64,000 nucleotides of DNA from Lama glama (Eukaryota), in NCBI GenBank assembly GCA_028534125.1, contig CM052817.1, positions 67,768,001-67,832,000 on the forward strand, in the 5' to 3' direction. Below the pieces are notes generated by a model. It saw only the letters and a list, made by a program, of their open reading frames with translations, had not been told where the DNA came from and searched no databases. Positions 1 to 12,339 of this stretch are shown here, one piece after another (the stretch's first letter is position 1; every line of letters starts with the position of its first letter). A program made the translations under genes and the position numbers.

Positions 1-479
1 TGATCTTGACCCACAGAACGGGGGAAGGGAGGGGTGGTCACGTTAACTGGTGAAGGTCATGTTTCTCTCTCAATAAATCAGTTACCCGCGTGTTTATGTA
101 GCCTACGTGAAGGTGCCAGTCAGTGGCAAGCATTCACTTTGTACCTCTGCTCCAAAACTGACAGCTTCCCATTTTTACTGGAACCGAAGATTTTTAAATA
201 GCCTCCTAGAAAGCTGCAGGAATTATGGATCAAAAACTAGCACATATTTTTGCTTCTGAAACCGATACCTCAGGAAAAAAAATACACGTATAACACTAGA
301 TGCACAAAGTATACAACTCCCACAGCCACTCTCCGGATGGTAAGTTTTGTGGTGAGAAGGTAAGGCAGCTAGTGATCACTTGCGAAGAGTCTTAAGTCCT
401 GCAGTTCCTCTCCTCAGATATGGAGAAAGATGTGACCAGCATAAGTAGGCTGCCAAGTGTTTCCCCTCCTTTGGTGGTT

Positions 480-900
480 GTAGACTGTGTCTGTTTAGAT
501 AAGCTGGAACCACACTTCCCGGAATCTTCTTCCCTGTGTAGTCCTGGGTTAGTGCCCCGGAGACGTTTGCGTGCGATTTGGGAGGCCAAGGAAAGCAGCA
601 GCCGTTATGCTCAGAAGATCGTGGCTGCTCAAGTCAGGGAAGGATAGACAAAGAAGTTCCAGTCTGTCCTGCTCTCCGTGATCCGTGCCCAGCTCCCTCC
701 CTGACTGCCTGCTTTGCTGACCAGCATAACAACTCCAACTCCAGGTGAAGGCTGCCACCAGACCCTTCATGGTAAATTCACAGAGGCAATAGCCACAAAG
801 AACCAGAAAGCTTCTGCAGACTTCTGCTCAGTGCCATTTCTGACGCCACGCTGGTGGCTGGACATGACTGACCTCCTGCAGGCTCTAATTTGTTCACCCC
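480..900. mobile_element. Old ERVL-class LTR remnant (family uncertain)
   Basis: 'gaaccacacttcccggaatcttcttccctgtgtagtcctgggttag...gatttgggaggccaaggaaagcagcagccg' resembles ancient ERVL-type LTR consensus; boundaries approximate. Confidence 0.35.
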
Positions 901-1095
901 CTTGAGAGCTGGTTTAAGTCAGGTTCCTATATCAACACAGTACAAGTCGTTTGAAGGCATTTGGTGTAGGGGAAAAGCATGGGCTTCAAAGTTCTACAAA
1001 TCTATGTACTCTTCCTCTTTCCTTTTCTAGCTGTATAACCTGAATTTTCTTAAGCCTCCATTTCAACCTTCAGGAGAAGTAGTAAGAAATCCTGC

Positions 1096-1266
1096 AGGGA
1101 ACTATATTCAATAGCTTATAATAACCTATAATGAAAAATTATCTATGTCTATATCTATATCTGAATCAATATGCTGTACACCAGAAACTAACACATTGTA
1201 AATCAACTAGACTTCAATTTAAAAAAAAAAAGAAAAGAAGAAAAAAAAATAAATAAAAAAAAAATA
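1096..1266 (+). mobile_element. 5'-truncated L1 3' end with poly(A)
   Basis: L1 3'UTR motif 'tgctgtacaccagaaactaacacattgtaaatcaacta', A-rich tail, TSD aaatcctgc at 1087-1095 and 1267-1275. Confidence 0.9.
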
Positions 1267-1639
1267 AAATCCTGCCTTTGTCCTGTGTGAAGAAAACAGA
1301 AAGTTCTCCCATGAGAACTCTTAATCATTAGGTGGTCTTCATGTAGATTTGGGGCTCATGCATTCTACCCATATAAGCTGTAAAAACCCCAAGCTAAAGT
1401 GGCTTATGATTGTGAATGCCTCTGAAGCATCTGGGAAGAGCAAATATAGAAACTTTCCAAAGGAAAACACCTTAGATCCAGGACACAGTTTTCCCAAATA
1501 AGTTTCCAAGAAATGTGAGCTCACAGTAAGAAGGGGGAAAAAATCACACAACACCCAAGAAAACAAGTTGTCATTAGCAAGAATCAGCCAAAACAATAAA
1601 AAAAAACAAACAAACAGAATCTGGCCTGCAAAGATTGCA

Positions 1640-1770
1640 AATAATAAATTTGTAAACAAATGTTTATCAACTGTATCCTTTGTGCCAGATTATCCTTGGT
1701 GCCTGGGATTGGACACATCAATGAGCAAAACCGAATTCTTGCCGTTTTGGTGAGATTTATTATCAATGTT
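1640..1770 (-). mobile_element. L2 3' end fragment
   Basis: 'aacaaatgtttatcaactgtatcctttgtgccag' resembles the reverse complement of the L2 terminus. Confidence 0.5.
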
Positions 1771-1819
1771 TAAAATGGAAAGACTGTCTCTTTAACTTTT
1801 TAAAAGAAATACTAGAGGA

Positions 1820-2300
1820 TGTCAACATTACAGGCAGATTCAATAAACAAATAGAACTTGAAGAAATAAAAATAATAATCATCTTGAAAATTAGAAACTC
1901 AATGGACGGGATAAACCACGGGTTAAAAACAACTGAAGAGAGAACTCAAGCTTTTGTTCAGAATGCAGGACAAAGAGACAAAGGGGTGAAGAAAATGAAT
2001 GAGAGATAACAGAGCATGAAGAACAGATATATGTATGTCTGTAGATGACTGAACTGTTGTGCTGTACACCAGAAACTGACACAACATTGTAAATGACTAT
2101 ACTTCAATTAAAAAAAAAAGAGGGTCCCCCCGAAAAAAAAAGAAAGAAAAGAAAGTTCTAACACATGCCCATTCAGTGTTTCAGGAGAAAATAGGGGTGG
2201 GGTAGGGGTGGGGTGGGGAGCAGTATTTCATGAGATGGTGGCTAAGAGTTTTCCAGAAGTGAAAGGCCTCAATCCTCACACTCCAGAAACCCAACAAGTT
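1820..2300 (+). mobile_element. Old L1 ORF1 remnant, interrupted by a younger L1 3' tip (2027-2119)
   Basis: 'cagtatttcatgagatggtggctaagagttttccagaagtgaaag' is ORF1-like; 2027-2119 carries 'tgctgtacaccagaaactgacacaacattgtaaatgactatacttcaatt' plus an A tail. Confidence 0.6.
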
Positions 2301-2443
2301 GCACCAATATTTTTTAAAATATATTTGACAACAAACAAAATTTAATGGCAACATATTTTATAACATTTGGTTTAGGTAACAAATGTATATTAAAAGACAG
2401 AATGAAATTTTAACTTCTATGAAGTCCTCTAAAAGGATGAGTT

Positions 2444-2570
2444 GGGGAGGGTATAGCTTAGTGGTAGAGCGCATGCTTGGCATGCAAAAGGTTCCTGGGT
2501 TCAATCCCCCCAGTACCTGTTAAAAAATAAATATGTCTAAATCCCTCCCCCCCCGAAAAAAAATAAATAA
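2444..2570 (+). mobile_element. tRNA-Ala-derived SINE (Vic-1-like)
   Basis: ggggagggtatagcttagtggtagagcgcatgcttggcatg...gggttcaatcccc: A box, B box, A-rich tail. Confidence 0.9.
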
Positions 2571-2909
2571 TATGGAAACATTAAAAAAAAATAAGAGTGA
2601 GGCACTCAGGACACAAAATTTAAGAAGGGAAAATTTAGGGACATACGAGTTCAGGGCTGGCCCTTTCAGAAACCTGGCGGCGAGTGCTGCCTTCACTCTG
2701 TGCCCTGGTTCCCTTACTTGACTCACCCCAGTCCTGGCCCTTATAGACAAAGGTCTGCTTTTGTGACCTAATATTTGGAATTATCTAACTGAACATTAAA
2801 AAAATAATAAGTTATTTTATGAAGTCATAGATGGTTTTTTAATTATATTTAGTTTATATTCAATGTAATGTAATGCGCTCTTTGTAATGATAGTTCCTTG
2901 AATTTAACA

Positions 2910-3088
2910 GTGTAACTTCCCTCCACCATCAAGATACAGGTATTTCCATCATCCCTAAAGTTCCCTCATGCTCCTTTGCTGTTCTCTGTCCCCAACTCTG
3001 GTCCTAGGAAACCACTGATTTACTTTCTGTCATTTTAGTTTAGATTTGACTTTTTATAATTTTCTATAAATGGTATCATACAGTATTT
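2910..3088 (-). mobile_element. Old L1M 3'UTR fragment
   Basis: 'ccctaaagttccctcatgc...aaccactgatttactttctgtc...ataaatggtatcatacagta' is typical of an L1MB/MC/ME 3'UTR in antisense. Confidence 0.65.
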
Positions 3089-3091
3089 ACA

Positions 3092-3212
3092 TTTTACGGG
3101 GGAAGAGGTAATTAGGTTTCTTTCTTTACTTTTAATGGCAGTACTGAGGATTGAACCCAGGATCTCGTGCGTGCTAAGCACACACTCTGCCCCTGAGCTA
3201 TACCCTCACCCC
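3092..3212 (-). mobile_element. tRNA-Ala-derived SINE (Vic-1-like)
   Basis: Reverse complement of the SINE head: 'gattgaacccagg...tgctaagca...ctgagctataccctcacccc'. Confidence 0.9.
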
Positions 3213-4519
3213 TTAAATTTTGTTTTTAAATAATAAGACAAAATTATCTAAAGCAACACTTCTTTGAAAATGTTGCATTAAAGATATGGGTTATCTTTAT
3301 TTATAATAAGTAAAAAAGCTAAATGAGATATATTTGTTGCTCTGCTTTTTTTTTTTTTTCAGAAGTACCAGAGAGATTTTGGTGTGCTATATTTAAAATG
3401 TGATTAAATCAATGAAACCAGACTTTTAGGCAGGATGTCTTGAAGCAAATTAGAGCATTATTATCATTTTTATACTCTTAATTAATTCATATTTAACTTA
3501 AGTGGTCAGTTTCATTTTTGTCTTTATCAAAAGTCCCATCATGGATATATATTAAACTTAAAAGGTACTTGAGAATAAAAAAAAAATTAGCTCTATAGTA
3601 ATCAAAATCAGCACAATGGCAAGAGGTATTCAACTGGGTGACCAAACCACAAATGTAGTGATCTTATATCCAATGACGGGTGTACATGGCCACTCAGTAC
3701 ATTCTATAAGACTCTCAAAGTGTTCAGTTTTGAAATAAAAAATAATCATATCATCATTTAGATATTTTTAAAACAGAAGTTAGAGATTATTGGCTTAATT
3801 TTTTATGCATCTGTGCAAGGTTTTTTTTAATGGAGACATATTACATACAATAATCTTTATAAACTTACCAAATAAAGAATTTTTTAAACACACTAGAAGC
3901 CAAAATAGATGTCATTACCATTTTTAATGATGAGTCCCCATGACACTTTTACAAACCTTTGAGGATTTTCAAACCATGAGTTGGGAAGGAAAAATTAGTC
4001 AGTGTTTACAGGCCACTCATGGGTCCCTAATTACTGCATGTCCACCAAGTAAAATTGTCTCTTTCATCTGTCACCGTCTTTGAAGTCTCTGCATTATTTT
4101 ACACCATTTATCAGACCTCTCCTTCTTCCTTATAACCCTCTCATTTTTTAATTAAGGCCAACATTATATTATTGCTTCTCCAACCTACCTGGTGGGTCCA
4201 TCTCTGCTTCTTTACCAGTTCCTCTTTCTTCTCCATGCTTGCAACAGGGCTAAACCCTCTGCTTTCCTCCCCCACTTCATGCTTGCTTTCCTTTGCTTAA
4301 TTTCCTTTGATCCTCGACTTGTTTCCCCAGTTCTACGCCGTTTGGCACGTCGTGTTTCAGGGGGGACCCCTATCAGCTGGCTTCGCTGAGTTAGACTAAC
4401 TGGAGGCCCTGGAGGAAGAAAGGAGGCCCTGGCATAGGTGCTGAGGAAGACAAGAGAATGCAGGCTGGAAGAAGCCAGAGGATTGCTCTCCCCGCCTCCC
4501 TCTGCCTTGGAGGCCATCT

Positions 4520-4870
4520 CTGACGTCTTGACTGGACCAGGACAGTTCAGCAGGGCTTCACCCACAGGTCTCCCAATTTGTTTTGCTTGTTCACAGGGTT
4601 CTCCTCCATGTGACCTCTCACCTCTCAGCAGACTAGACTGGTCTTTTTCACAGCATGGTGGTCTAAAGGTTTCAAGAGGGCAAGACTGGAATTTCAAGGC
4701 CTTTTAAGACCTGTGGGTTCCAGAATTCACACAATGTCACATCCACCACATTCTATTGGTTAAAGCAAGTTACAAGGCCAACCCTTACTCAACGGGATAG
4801 AAAAATAGACTTTACTTCTTGATGAGAAGAGCAGCAATAATATATTGCAAAGGGCCTGGACACAAGGGAA
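4520..4870 (-). mobile_element. MaLR MLT1-type LTR remnant
   Basis: 'acagcatggtgg...tgtcacatccaccacattctattggttaaagcaagttacaaggccaacc...tagactttacttcttgatgagaagagc'. Confidence 0.7.
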
Positions 4871-5284
4871 TGTCATTCACTGGGGACAGTCATTGTAACT
4901 ATACACTTCATCCAGTCCCTCCAGGAACAGCCCCCCATCCTAGCATGGCTTAGAATCCTAGCCACATGCTATTCCTAATCTCTGGGTTGCCCCCTACTTG
5001 TCTCCTTAGCTCCTTCATCACCTACTTAATTGATTCTTTGCTTCAGGTTGCTTCTGTCTTTTGTGTTCCTGGTTTGATCCTAAAAAGGCATCATCTTTCT
5101 TACTTTAACAGTGAATAACTCAAATCGAAATCCAACCTTGATCTCTTCTCCAAAAATCCAATCCTAAATTTCCATATTTCCACTTGGATTTCCTCTTCAT
5201 CGCCTAAATCAGGCATAGCCAAAAGTTAAGTTATAACCCTCTGCCCTAAACAATGACCACTGTCATTTTCTGGGTACTCTAGGC

Positions 5285-5470
5285 CAGGGGTTGGATAACT
5301 GCAGTTGGTGGGCCAGGCCGCCACCCAGCTGTGCTCGTTTAGTTCTGTACTGTCTGTGGCTGCTTTCACACTACAGGGGCAGAACCGAGTAGTTGAAACA
5401 GAGACGGCATGACCTGCAAAGTTAAAATTATTCACTATCTGGCTTTGTATGGAAAAATTTGCTAACCATT
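5285..5470. mobile_element. MER58-like hAT-Charlie MITE
   Basis: cagggg start; 'tgtggctgctttcacactaca...gacctgcaaagttaaaattattcactatctggc'. Confidence 0.75.
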
Positions 5471-6639
5471 TTTCTAAGCCTCTGACTCCTCCTTTTTTCT
5501 TCTTCATATACAACAGGGAGTAAATGTTACCAGTCTCAATTCCAGCTCTCTTTATTTCTAAATTATTTCAATATCCTCTTCTCTCTCCCTGTCTCCAACC
5601 TCCTCATCTCTTCTACATTTCTCAACTAAATTAATTGTTGCAAAATACCACTTTAATTGTCACTCACATGCAGTTCCCCAGTGACTTCTTTTATGTATCT
5701 GATAACTACAAATTCACATTCTTCTACCAAGTTATGTCAATTTACCCAACAAAACTGAATTTGCACTTTTCCCAAACCATCTTCCCCAATCTAGTGCTTC
5801 TTCTCTTTTACTTGATTTCAGAGCCTATGAATGTAGGAATTCTGTCTCATTGCTTCATAGCTCTAGCACCAAGCACAGTGTCTGGCATATGGTGACCAGG
5901 GAGTATGTATTGAATGACTGTTCCCCCTGAATACTACTGATTTGATTTCCCCTTCTGTTATTTTATTTATACACTTTTTCTACCTAAGATGCCGTCTCCA
6001 GTCTTTTCTATCTATCCAAACTATTTTCTCTAGCCTCAGCTTCTCTCCAAACTGTCCTAAGCCTAGTATCTCTTTCCTCATTCAAACTCTGTGACACCAA
6101 AAATCCGTATCATCTGTCCACCCACCACCCCATTACACAACTGCCTATGGAATTAGCTGCAATATTGATTCTTGAGACAGTAAGAACATGCCATGTGTTT
6201 AAACATGCGTAGTTTGTAACATCCTTTCACATACTCATAGTTGTCCTCTGAGATATTTCTTACTATCCCTGATTAGTGCCTTGTCCAAAATTACAAAGCT
6301 AGTAACTACTAAGAGCCAGAACAATAGTCGTTTCTAACTAACAGAAATTCTAAGTCCAAGACTCTGAATTAATACGGCTTTCTAGGAAATGTCAAATGAG
6401 TCATGTAAGATAAGATTTTGTTCTAAAAATTTTATTGTAAACTGAGAGGTAAAATTATTCAAATAGAGAGAAGAGTTGGGAAAAGGAAATAGAAAACGCT
6501 TATTCATAGGTTTTTACTCAAAAGAGAAAAAGATCTCTTATACAGAATCTAAAAATTACAACTTGTCCTTTCGATGTTTGTGAACAAAATTCTGAAGTCA
6601 ATACAGACATCCTTAGAAATTAACTCTTGAAACGTTTGT

Positions 6640-6816
6640 ATGCTGGAGCAGTTTTGTACCAGCTTGAGAGGGCAGATTGTTAAATATTTAGGAATTTCAC
6701 AATCCAAGTGTTAACTCATTGGTAGCTTGAAATTACCCATTGTTTGAATACTTACATGGAAATTGGTAAATGACACAAATCAAGACTTTTTAAAAAGTTT
6801 CCCAGCACACCACTGG
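6640..6816. mobile_element. MER63-like hAT MITE
   Basis: 'ttggtagcttgaaatt...ggaaattggtaaatgacacaaatcaagacttttt...ccagcacaccactg'. Confidence 0.65.
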
Positions 6817-7009
6817 ATGCATGCATACATTCATAAAAGAAGAGGAAAAGTAAGACGGAGAACAATAATAATCACAATAGTAATATTAATAATTGATTAA
6901 AAGATACATTAGTTTAGAATTTACCATGTTCCAAGCCACTCTCTAAGCACTTCACATATATTCCGTGGTATCCTGAAGCCACCTCATACCAGCTGGCAGA
7001 AGCTTATGT

Positions 7010-8780
7010 GTTGTTCTGTGTCATTTATTTTGCTATTCATTGCTTCTAGAGTATTTTTGTCTCACATATTGAATTATCTGTTTTTGACTGGGTCTTCTTT
7101 ATATTGTCTAGTTCCTTGTTAAAATGATCTGTGTTTAGATCAATTCTCTCCTCTAATTCAGGTGGCATTTTTATTACCAATATCTTGAATTCTTTGGTAA
7201 ATTGTTTATTTCTGTTTCATTATTTGTTTTTTCAGTTTTCTCTTACTCTTTCAATTGAGAGTAGGTCCTCTGCCTTTCATTTTACGTAACTTTCTCTGTC
7301 TCTATGAATTTAGGTGAAACAGTTCCCTGTTCTTACTGTGGTCTTGAGAGGGTGTTCTTACATGGGGACATCCTTATGTAGACTGTGTATGCCCAGTGCC
7401 TTTGCTGGGAAAGCTGAATTTGATGTGGATGCCAGTCATGTCTTTCCTCAGGGTGTGCTGGCAGCTATCGCCCTGGTGGGGGATGTGGCTGGTAATGGAG
7501 GAACTAGAGCCTGCACAGTGTGTAAGGTGGGACTTCCTCTCTGCTCAGTGGTCATCACCACCTTGTCTGGGGCAGGATCTGCTCCCACATCACTAGATCT
7601 GTGGCCCTGAGGGTCAGGCTCAGCTGGCTGTGTTCCCTTCTCCCTGCTCTAAGGGCCTTTGCCCCAAAGGAGGGGAGGCTGAAGCAAGTGGGGCCTGTGT
7701 GCTTACAGAAGTTCAGTGCTCTGCCTCTGTAGGCATCTGTGGCTCCACTCAGGTGCTGCCCATGGTCACATCTTTCCCCTGCTGTGGCCACCTCAGGTCT
7801 AGTGCTGGCCTGTGGCTAGGGTTGAGTGGGGCAGCAGTGTTCACTCAGGCTGGGCTGGGGCACGCAGCAAGGCTGTCCTGGGAATTCTGGCACCTGCACT
7901 GCTGTCAGAGCTCTGGGCTGCTTCTGGGAAGCCTCTTGAGTAAACACCAATTATGGCCACCACCACTCCACCTGGGTTAGACCCCAGGGCCCCAGGCTGC
8001 CTCAGCATCCATAGATCAAATCCTTTTCCAGGTCCTGGCTGCCCTAGCTCCAGTGCCAAGCTGTGGGTGGAGTGAGCAGTGCCGGGGCATTCACTCTGCT
8101 TGGATGGGCAGTGCAGCAAGGTGGCAGCAGCTGGGGCAGACCTCTCTCCACCCTGCCTGGGGCACGCCAGCACCATGCTCTCCTCAAGTAGAGTCTAGGC
8201 TTCTCCAGCCTTTCTGTCTGTCCCAGTGGTTCTCCAAGCAGCCAAAGGGGCTTGACCCCTACCCACAGGGCCCCAAGACTGGGACCCCCAGCTTGTGACT
8301 TGGCCACTCACTCCCCAGGGTAAGTGTCCACCCCTGCAATCTCCCTTTTTCTCTCAATCTCCCTCCCAGGGACACAGTTCCCAGTCTGAAGCTTTTCTTC
8401 CCATCCTACCCAATTATGTGAGTATCTTTCTTACAGACTTGGTTGTACAGGAGTCCGTCTCCCATTTGCCAGTTGGTTTTCTCTGAGAATTATTCCACAT
8501 GTAGTTTTTTTTTTTTTGTAAGGGGCCAGACAAGGAGTCCAAGGGAGCCAGTGCTCAAAACATTCCCTTGATAGGCTTGAGGGAGGCATTTTATAGGCAA
8601 AATTTATGTGGAGGGTGGCAGGGTGTGTAATCCTCCTCTAACTGGTTCGTGTTGAGGTAACAGGGTAGTGTTTCAGGAATCTCAGTCATCATCCTTCTTC
8701 TGGTCCACAGATGTAGTTTTGATGTGTCTGTTGGGGGAGTTGAGTTCCATGTCCTCTTACTCTGCCATCTTGATCTCCCC
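7010..8780 (-). mobile_element. L1 5' end (5'UTR plus degenerate start of ORF1), lacking its 3' portion
   Basis: Minus strand begins ggggagatCAAGATGGCagagtaagaggac (YY1 site 8764-8772); GC-rich 5'UTR; ORF1-like start at cat 7278-7280 followed by A-rich coiled-coil-type sequence. Confidence 0.85.
8509..8703 (-). mobile_element. ERV1-type LTR fragment with poly(A) tail inserted in the L1 5'UTR
   Basis: Aligns by eye to 44555-44730 of the solo LTR; T13 at 8505-8517; flanking repeat tccaca(ga)tgtagtttt at 8494-8508 and 8704-8720. Confidence 0.75.
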
Positions 8781-10876
8781 TTCTCCAGCACATCATTGGT
8801 CTTAAGCCAGACTTCTACAATTCAGAAAAGTCACTATTGGTCTCCTAATGTATTAATCAGTGTCTTTTCATCAATAGGCAACCTATGCTTGAGCAGAAGA
8901 AAGGGAATGAAAAATATGCGATTGCACAAAGTAAGGAAAGATTTGACTGCAGTACAACTGGTCTGTGACAATAGAAATCCTAGGAACAAATCACTTACTC
9001 ACCTTCCCTCCACCATAGGAACTCCTGGGAAGTTGGCTGCATATTCTTCCACTCACCATGCTGTCTCCTTCATTCTTGCCCTCTCCATGAAAACAGAATC
9101 ATGAACACTTCAAACGTTTCACGTTAGCTTCTTGAGAATCACTGACCATTTCTGATCAGACAACATCCTTAGTCATCAGTAAGTCGGTATTTCCTAAATC
9201 CAGACAATCATCTATAAAATATGACCTTTAGCAGATTCAAAGGAATATGCCAGTGCTAATGAAGTAGGAAAAAATGTGGGACAAGAGAGAGAGCAAGAAT
9301 AAGAGAAATTAAGAATGGCACCTAGGATGGGGTGAGTTCTATAAGAGTTAAGTTTCTCCTATATTAATAGGGTTCCCTTGAAGCTTTGAAATGACAACAC
9401 AGAGCCTGTGTTTGCCATTCCTCCTTCCCTTGCTAACAATTCTTGGTGTATCTCTGAGCATAATCTGGGCAAGTGCCCAAAAAGCAAATTACAGCAGATT
9501 CTTCTGTCATATGTCCACAAAAGGAAAAAAAATCCTATACTTCTAGTGCTCAGAAGCAAAAGTTAATTTTTAATTCCAGTTTATGATCCCCTTAGGGGAA
9601 GAGCTGTCCAATGAATTGGACAATTTTCAAAATTTGCTAGCAGAAATAAAAACCCAAAAACTTGGAGGAAAATGAACACTATAACAAATGGTAAGTTTTT
9701 TGTCATAAACAACACCACTGGGTCTTGAGAGTAGCAGAGGGAGTTGTACAGCTTAATTAGGACTCATCCTCCCAGAATACCAGTGGCCTTCCAAATGCTC
9801 TGCTTAGTTTGCCACGGGCCATTGTCTTTCTCCATAAATTTCAATTAGCATCTGTAGCCACTCTCCTAGAAATAAAGACTTTAGCTCTATGCCTCATTTT
9901 GAACATCCACTGGTCTTGAGCTAAATTTAAAAGATGAATGGAGTATTACTTAAAAGTTGATAATCTTCATGCAACATCACTTCAGCAATAAAACTAAAAC
10001 CCCTTGAACAAAATTCTGCTGTATAGCCAAGAGGGCCATGGTTAGGTTCCAGCTTGATAAAATCATCTACCATTTGTAACTTTAAACGCCTTCGGGGCTT
10101 CTGTCAAGGTGATATTGTGATCTATACAACACTGAGGACGAAGTGATGAACAATAAAACCTCAAGCTGACTTGTAGGTCTGGGAGGGGGCGATAGAGTCC
10201 CAGGGTATGTGTCATGGTCTTGCTCCACTTGAGGGAGAGGGAGTCCTTTTTCCTCTCTGACATCAAACAAGAAGCAACTCTTCTGTCCCAAAGGAGTTTT
10301 TTAATTTCCATCCAAAGAAAAGTGATTCCACTGAGAAAATTCAGCAGCCAGTGAGATTACCAAACCAGAAGCACATGTGTTAGGGAGCAGAGTGCTGTCC
10401 ATGGTTAACAAATCAGTTTCTTTGCTATACCTGGGCCATCTAGCAGTACCTGCAGGGACAGTGGGTCCTGCAGGGAGGGGTGCAGTTGGGAGGAGTAATC
10501 TTGTTATTGCACAATCACAAGTCTGCAAAGCCCCAGAGATCATGCAGACCTTCTTTTCCATTTCCATCTATAGGCATTGTCCCCACTGACGTGCCAACAG
10601 CCTCTTGTCGTGCTTGGTCCCCCCAAAGGCTGTACGTCCTGCAGACTTCAGCTAAGACTGAGCACCTGGAATGTGATGGTTTTGGTGTGTTATTATGCTC
10701 TTGTGGGGGTGGGAGAGAGAATAAATGGGGATCTGGCAGAAGAAAATCCCACCCTGTCAACCTAGGGAAGATAGAACTACCTAGAGGAGGCCAAGAGTGC
10801 TCTTCAGAAGAAGGTTCTGCTTCATTTTTATCTTCTCTGCCCATTTAAAGATTTAACCAACTCAGTAATGTCCCTT

Positions 10877-11017
10877 GGGGAAGGGTGTAGCTCAGTGGTA
10901 GAGTGCGTTCTTAGCATGCACGAGATGCTGGGTTCAATCCCCGGTGCCTCGGTTAATAAATACACAAACAAACAAGCCTAATTGCCTCCCTCTCCCCAAC
11001 CAAAAAAAAAAAAAAAA
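10877..11017 (+). mobile_element. tRNA-Ala-derived SINE (Vic-1-like)
   Basis: A/B boxes, cctaattgcctccc module, A16 tail, flanking repeat taatgtcc at 10866-10873 and 11026-11033. Confidence 0.92.
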
Positions 11018-12339
11018 TCCCCAGATAATGTCCTGGAAGCAAGAAGCAAGCATCTCAGCCATACGAGATAATAGAATATCTCACAAGAATAACAGGCCAA
11101 CAGTGTTCACCTGACAAGTATGTGCCAGAGTTCCACATGGTCCTGAGATGTGAGCTGCCGTGGATGGCCCATGTGTCCACGTGAACAGTCTTAGCATCTT
11201 CCAGAAGCCCTCTTGTGTATTAACTAATCAGCTTTGAATCTGGTACTTGATGGCACCTAGTATCCTAAAAGTATATTGTATCATGTGCTGAAGGATTAAT
11301 GCCTTCCTCATTGAATGTTCAGAAATAAAGGAAAAGTAGCTATGATCTCAGAAACTGAGGGAAGCTCCAGAGATGCTCCAGGAGTTCTGAACTCGAGAGA
11401 AACAGACCAGCCCATTCGTTCTGTCAGAAGCAGGGCAGGAGCTGATCTTTTTGTAAGTGCACTTAGAATTGTTAGAAAAGAAAGATGAGACCAAAAAGGA
11501 AGGTCACAGTTACTCTTCAAGTGGTGGTGGTGGCCTCAGCGAATCAGTAAACAGTTTGAGGAACCCAATGTAATTTATGACTAAGAATCATAAAAATCTG
11601 TGATAGATAGAAATATAAATGTAGATCTAGACACACACACACACACACATACAAGGCCTGATAACAGGTAGAACTGGGGCAGAAGTATGACCGCTGCCAT
11701 CAACAACTGGTTAACAATCAATATCCACTACTTTTTCTCCTTCGGTTTCACGTGCAGGGTAAAAGAAAGAAATATTCACCTGTCAGTGCTGTGTTTCCAT
11801 CAGTGATACCATCTTTGATCTTCATTCCAAAAGAGCACAAGAGTGAGCATCATAATCACAAAACAATGCCATCGGATTTTATGAAATTTAAAATAGTTTC
11901 CTATGCGTTGCATAATCTCATAATAGCCCTGTGAGAAAAGCTGGTGATCAGGGCAGACCTGGTAGTGTTAAGAAGAGGAAGAATGGAAAAGAAAGGGAGG
12001 AGCAAAAGGGAGAACGGAGAGGAAAAGGGAAAGGAGGGAAGGAAGGGGGAAGCCGCCTCCCCAGCTTTTCCTGTAATTGGATGTCAGTCTGAATCCGAGT
12101 ATCTCCTGCTGGCTCCTAACGAGTATTCTGAAGATTAAGATCCACATATTTCTTGGGACTCCTCGGTAATAATTACTCCTTATATTATAAGTAGTGGCAT
12201 CATCATCACCAATCTTACCTATAAAATTTCTTATAAGCTCACAACTAAGGTTGGGGAGCTTCAGGGAAAAAACAACAGGAAGAGCACAGTAAAGCACAAA
12301 GTCAAAGAAGTTAGAAAAGGAAAAAAGCAACAAGCACTA

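Noticed and set aside
4212..4707. 161-aa and 89-aa ORFs
   Set aside because: They overlap a MaLR LTR remnant and show no coding signature
7314..8486. Cluster of overlapping ORFs
   Set aside because: They lie in the GC-rich L1 5'UTR, with no coherent product
10877..10950. tRNA-Ala(AGC)-like sequence, and seven similar copies
   Set aside because: Stem mismatches, non-tRNA 3' module, A tails and TSDs identify them as SINEs rather than tRNA genes
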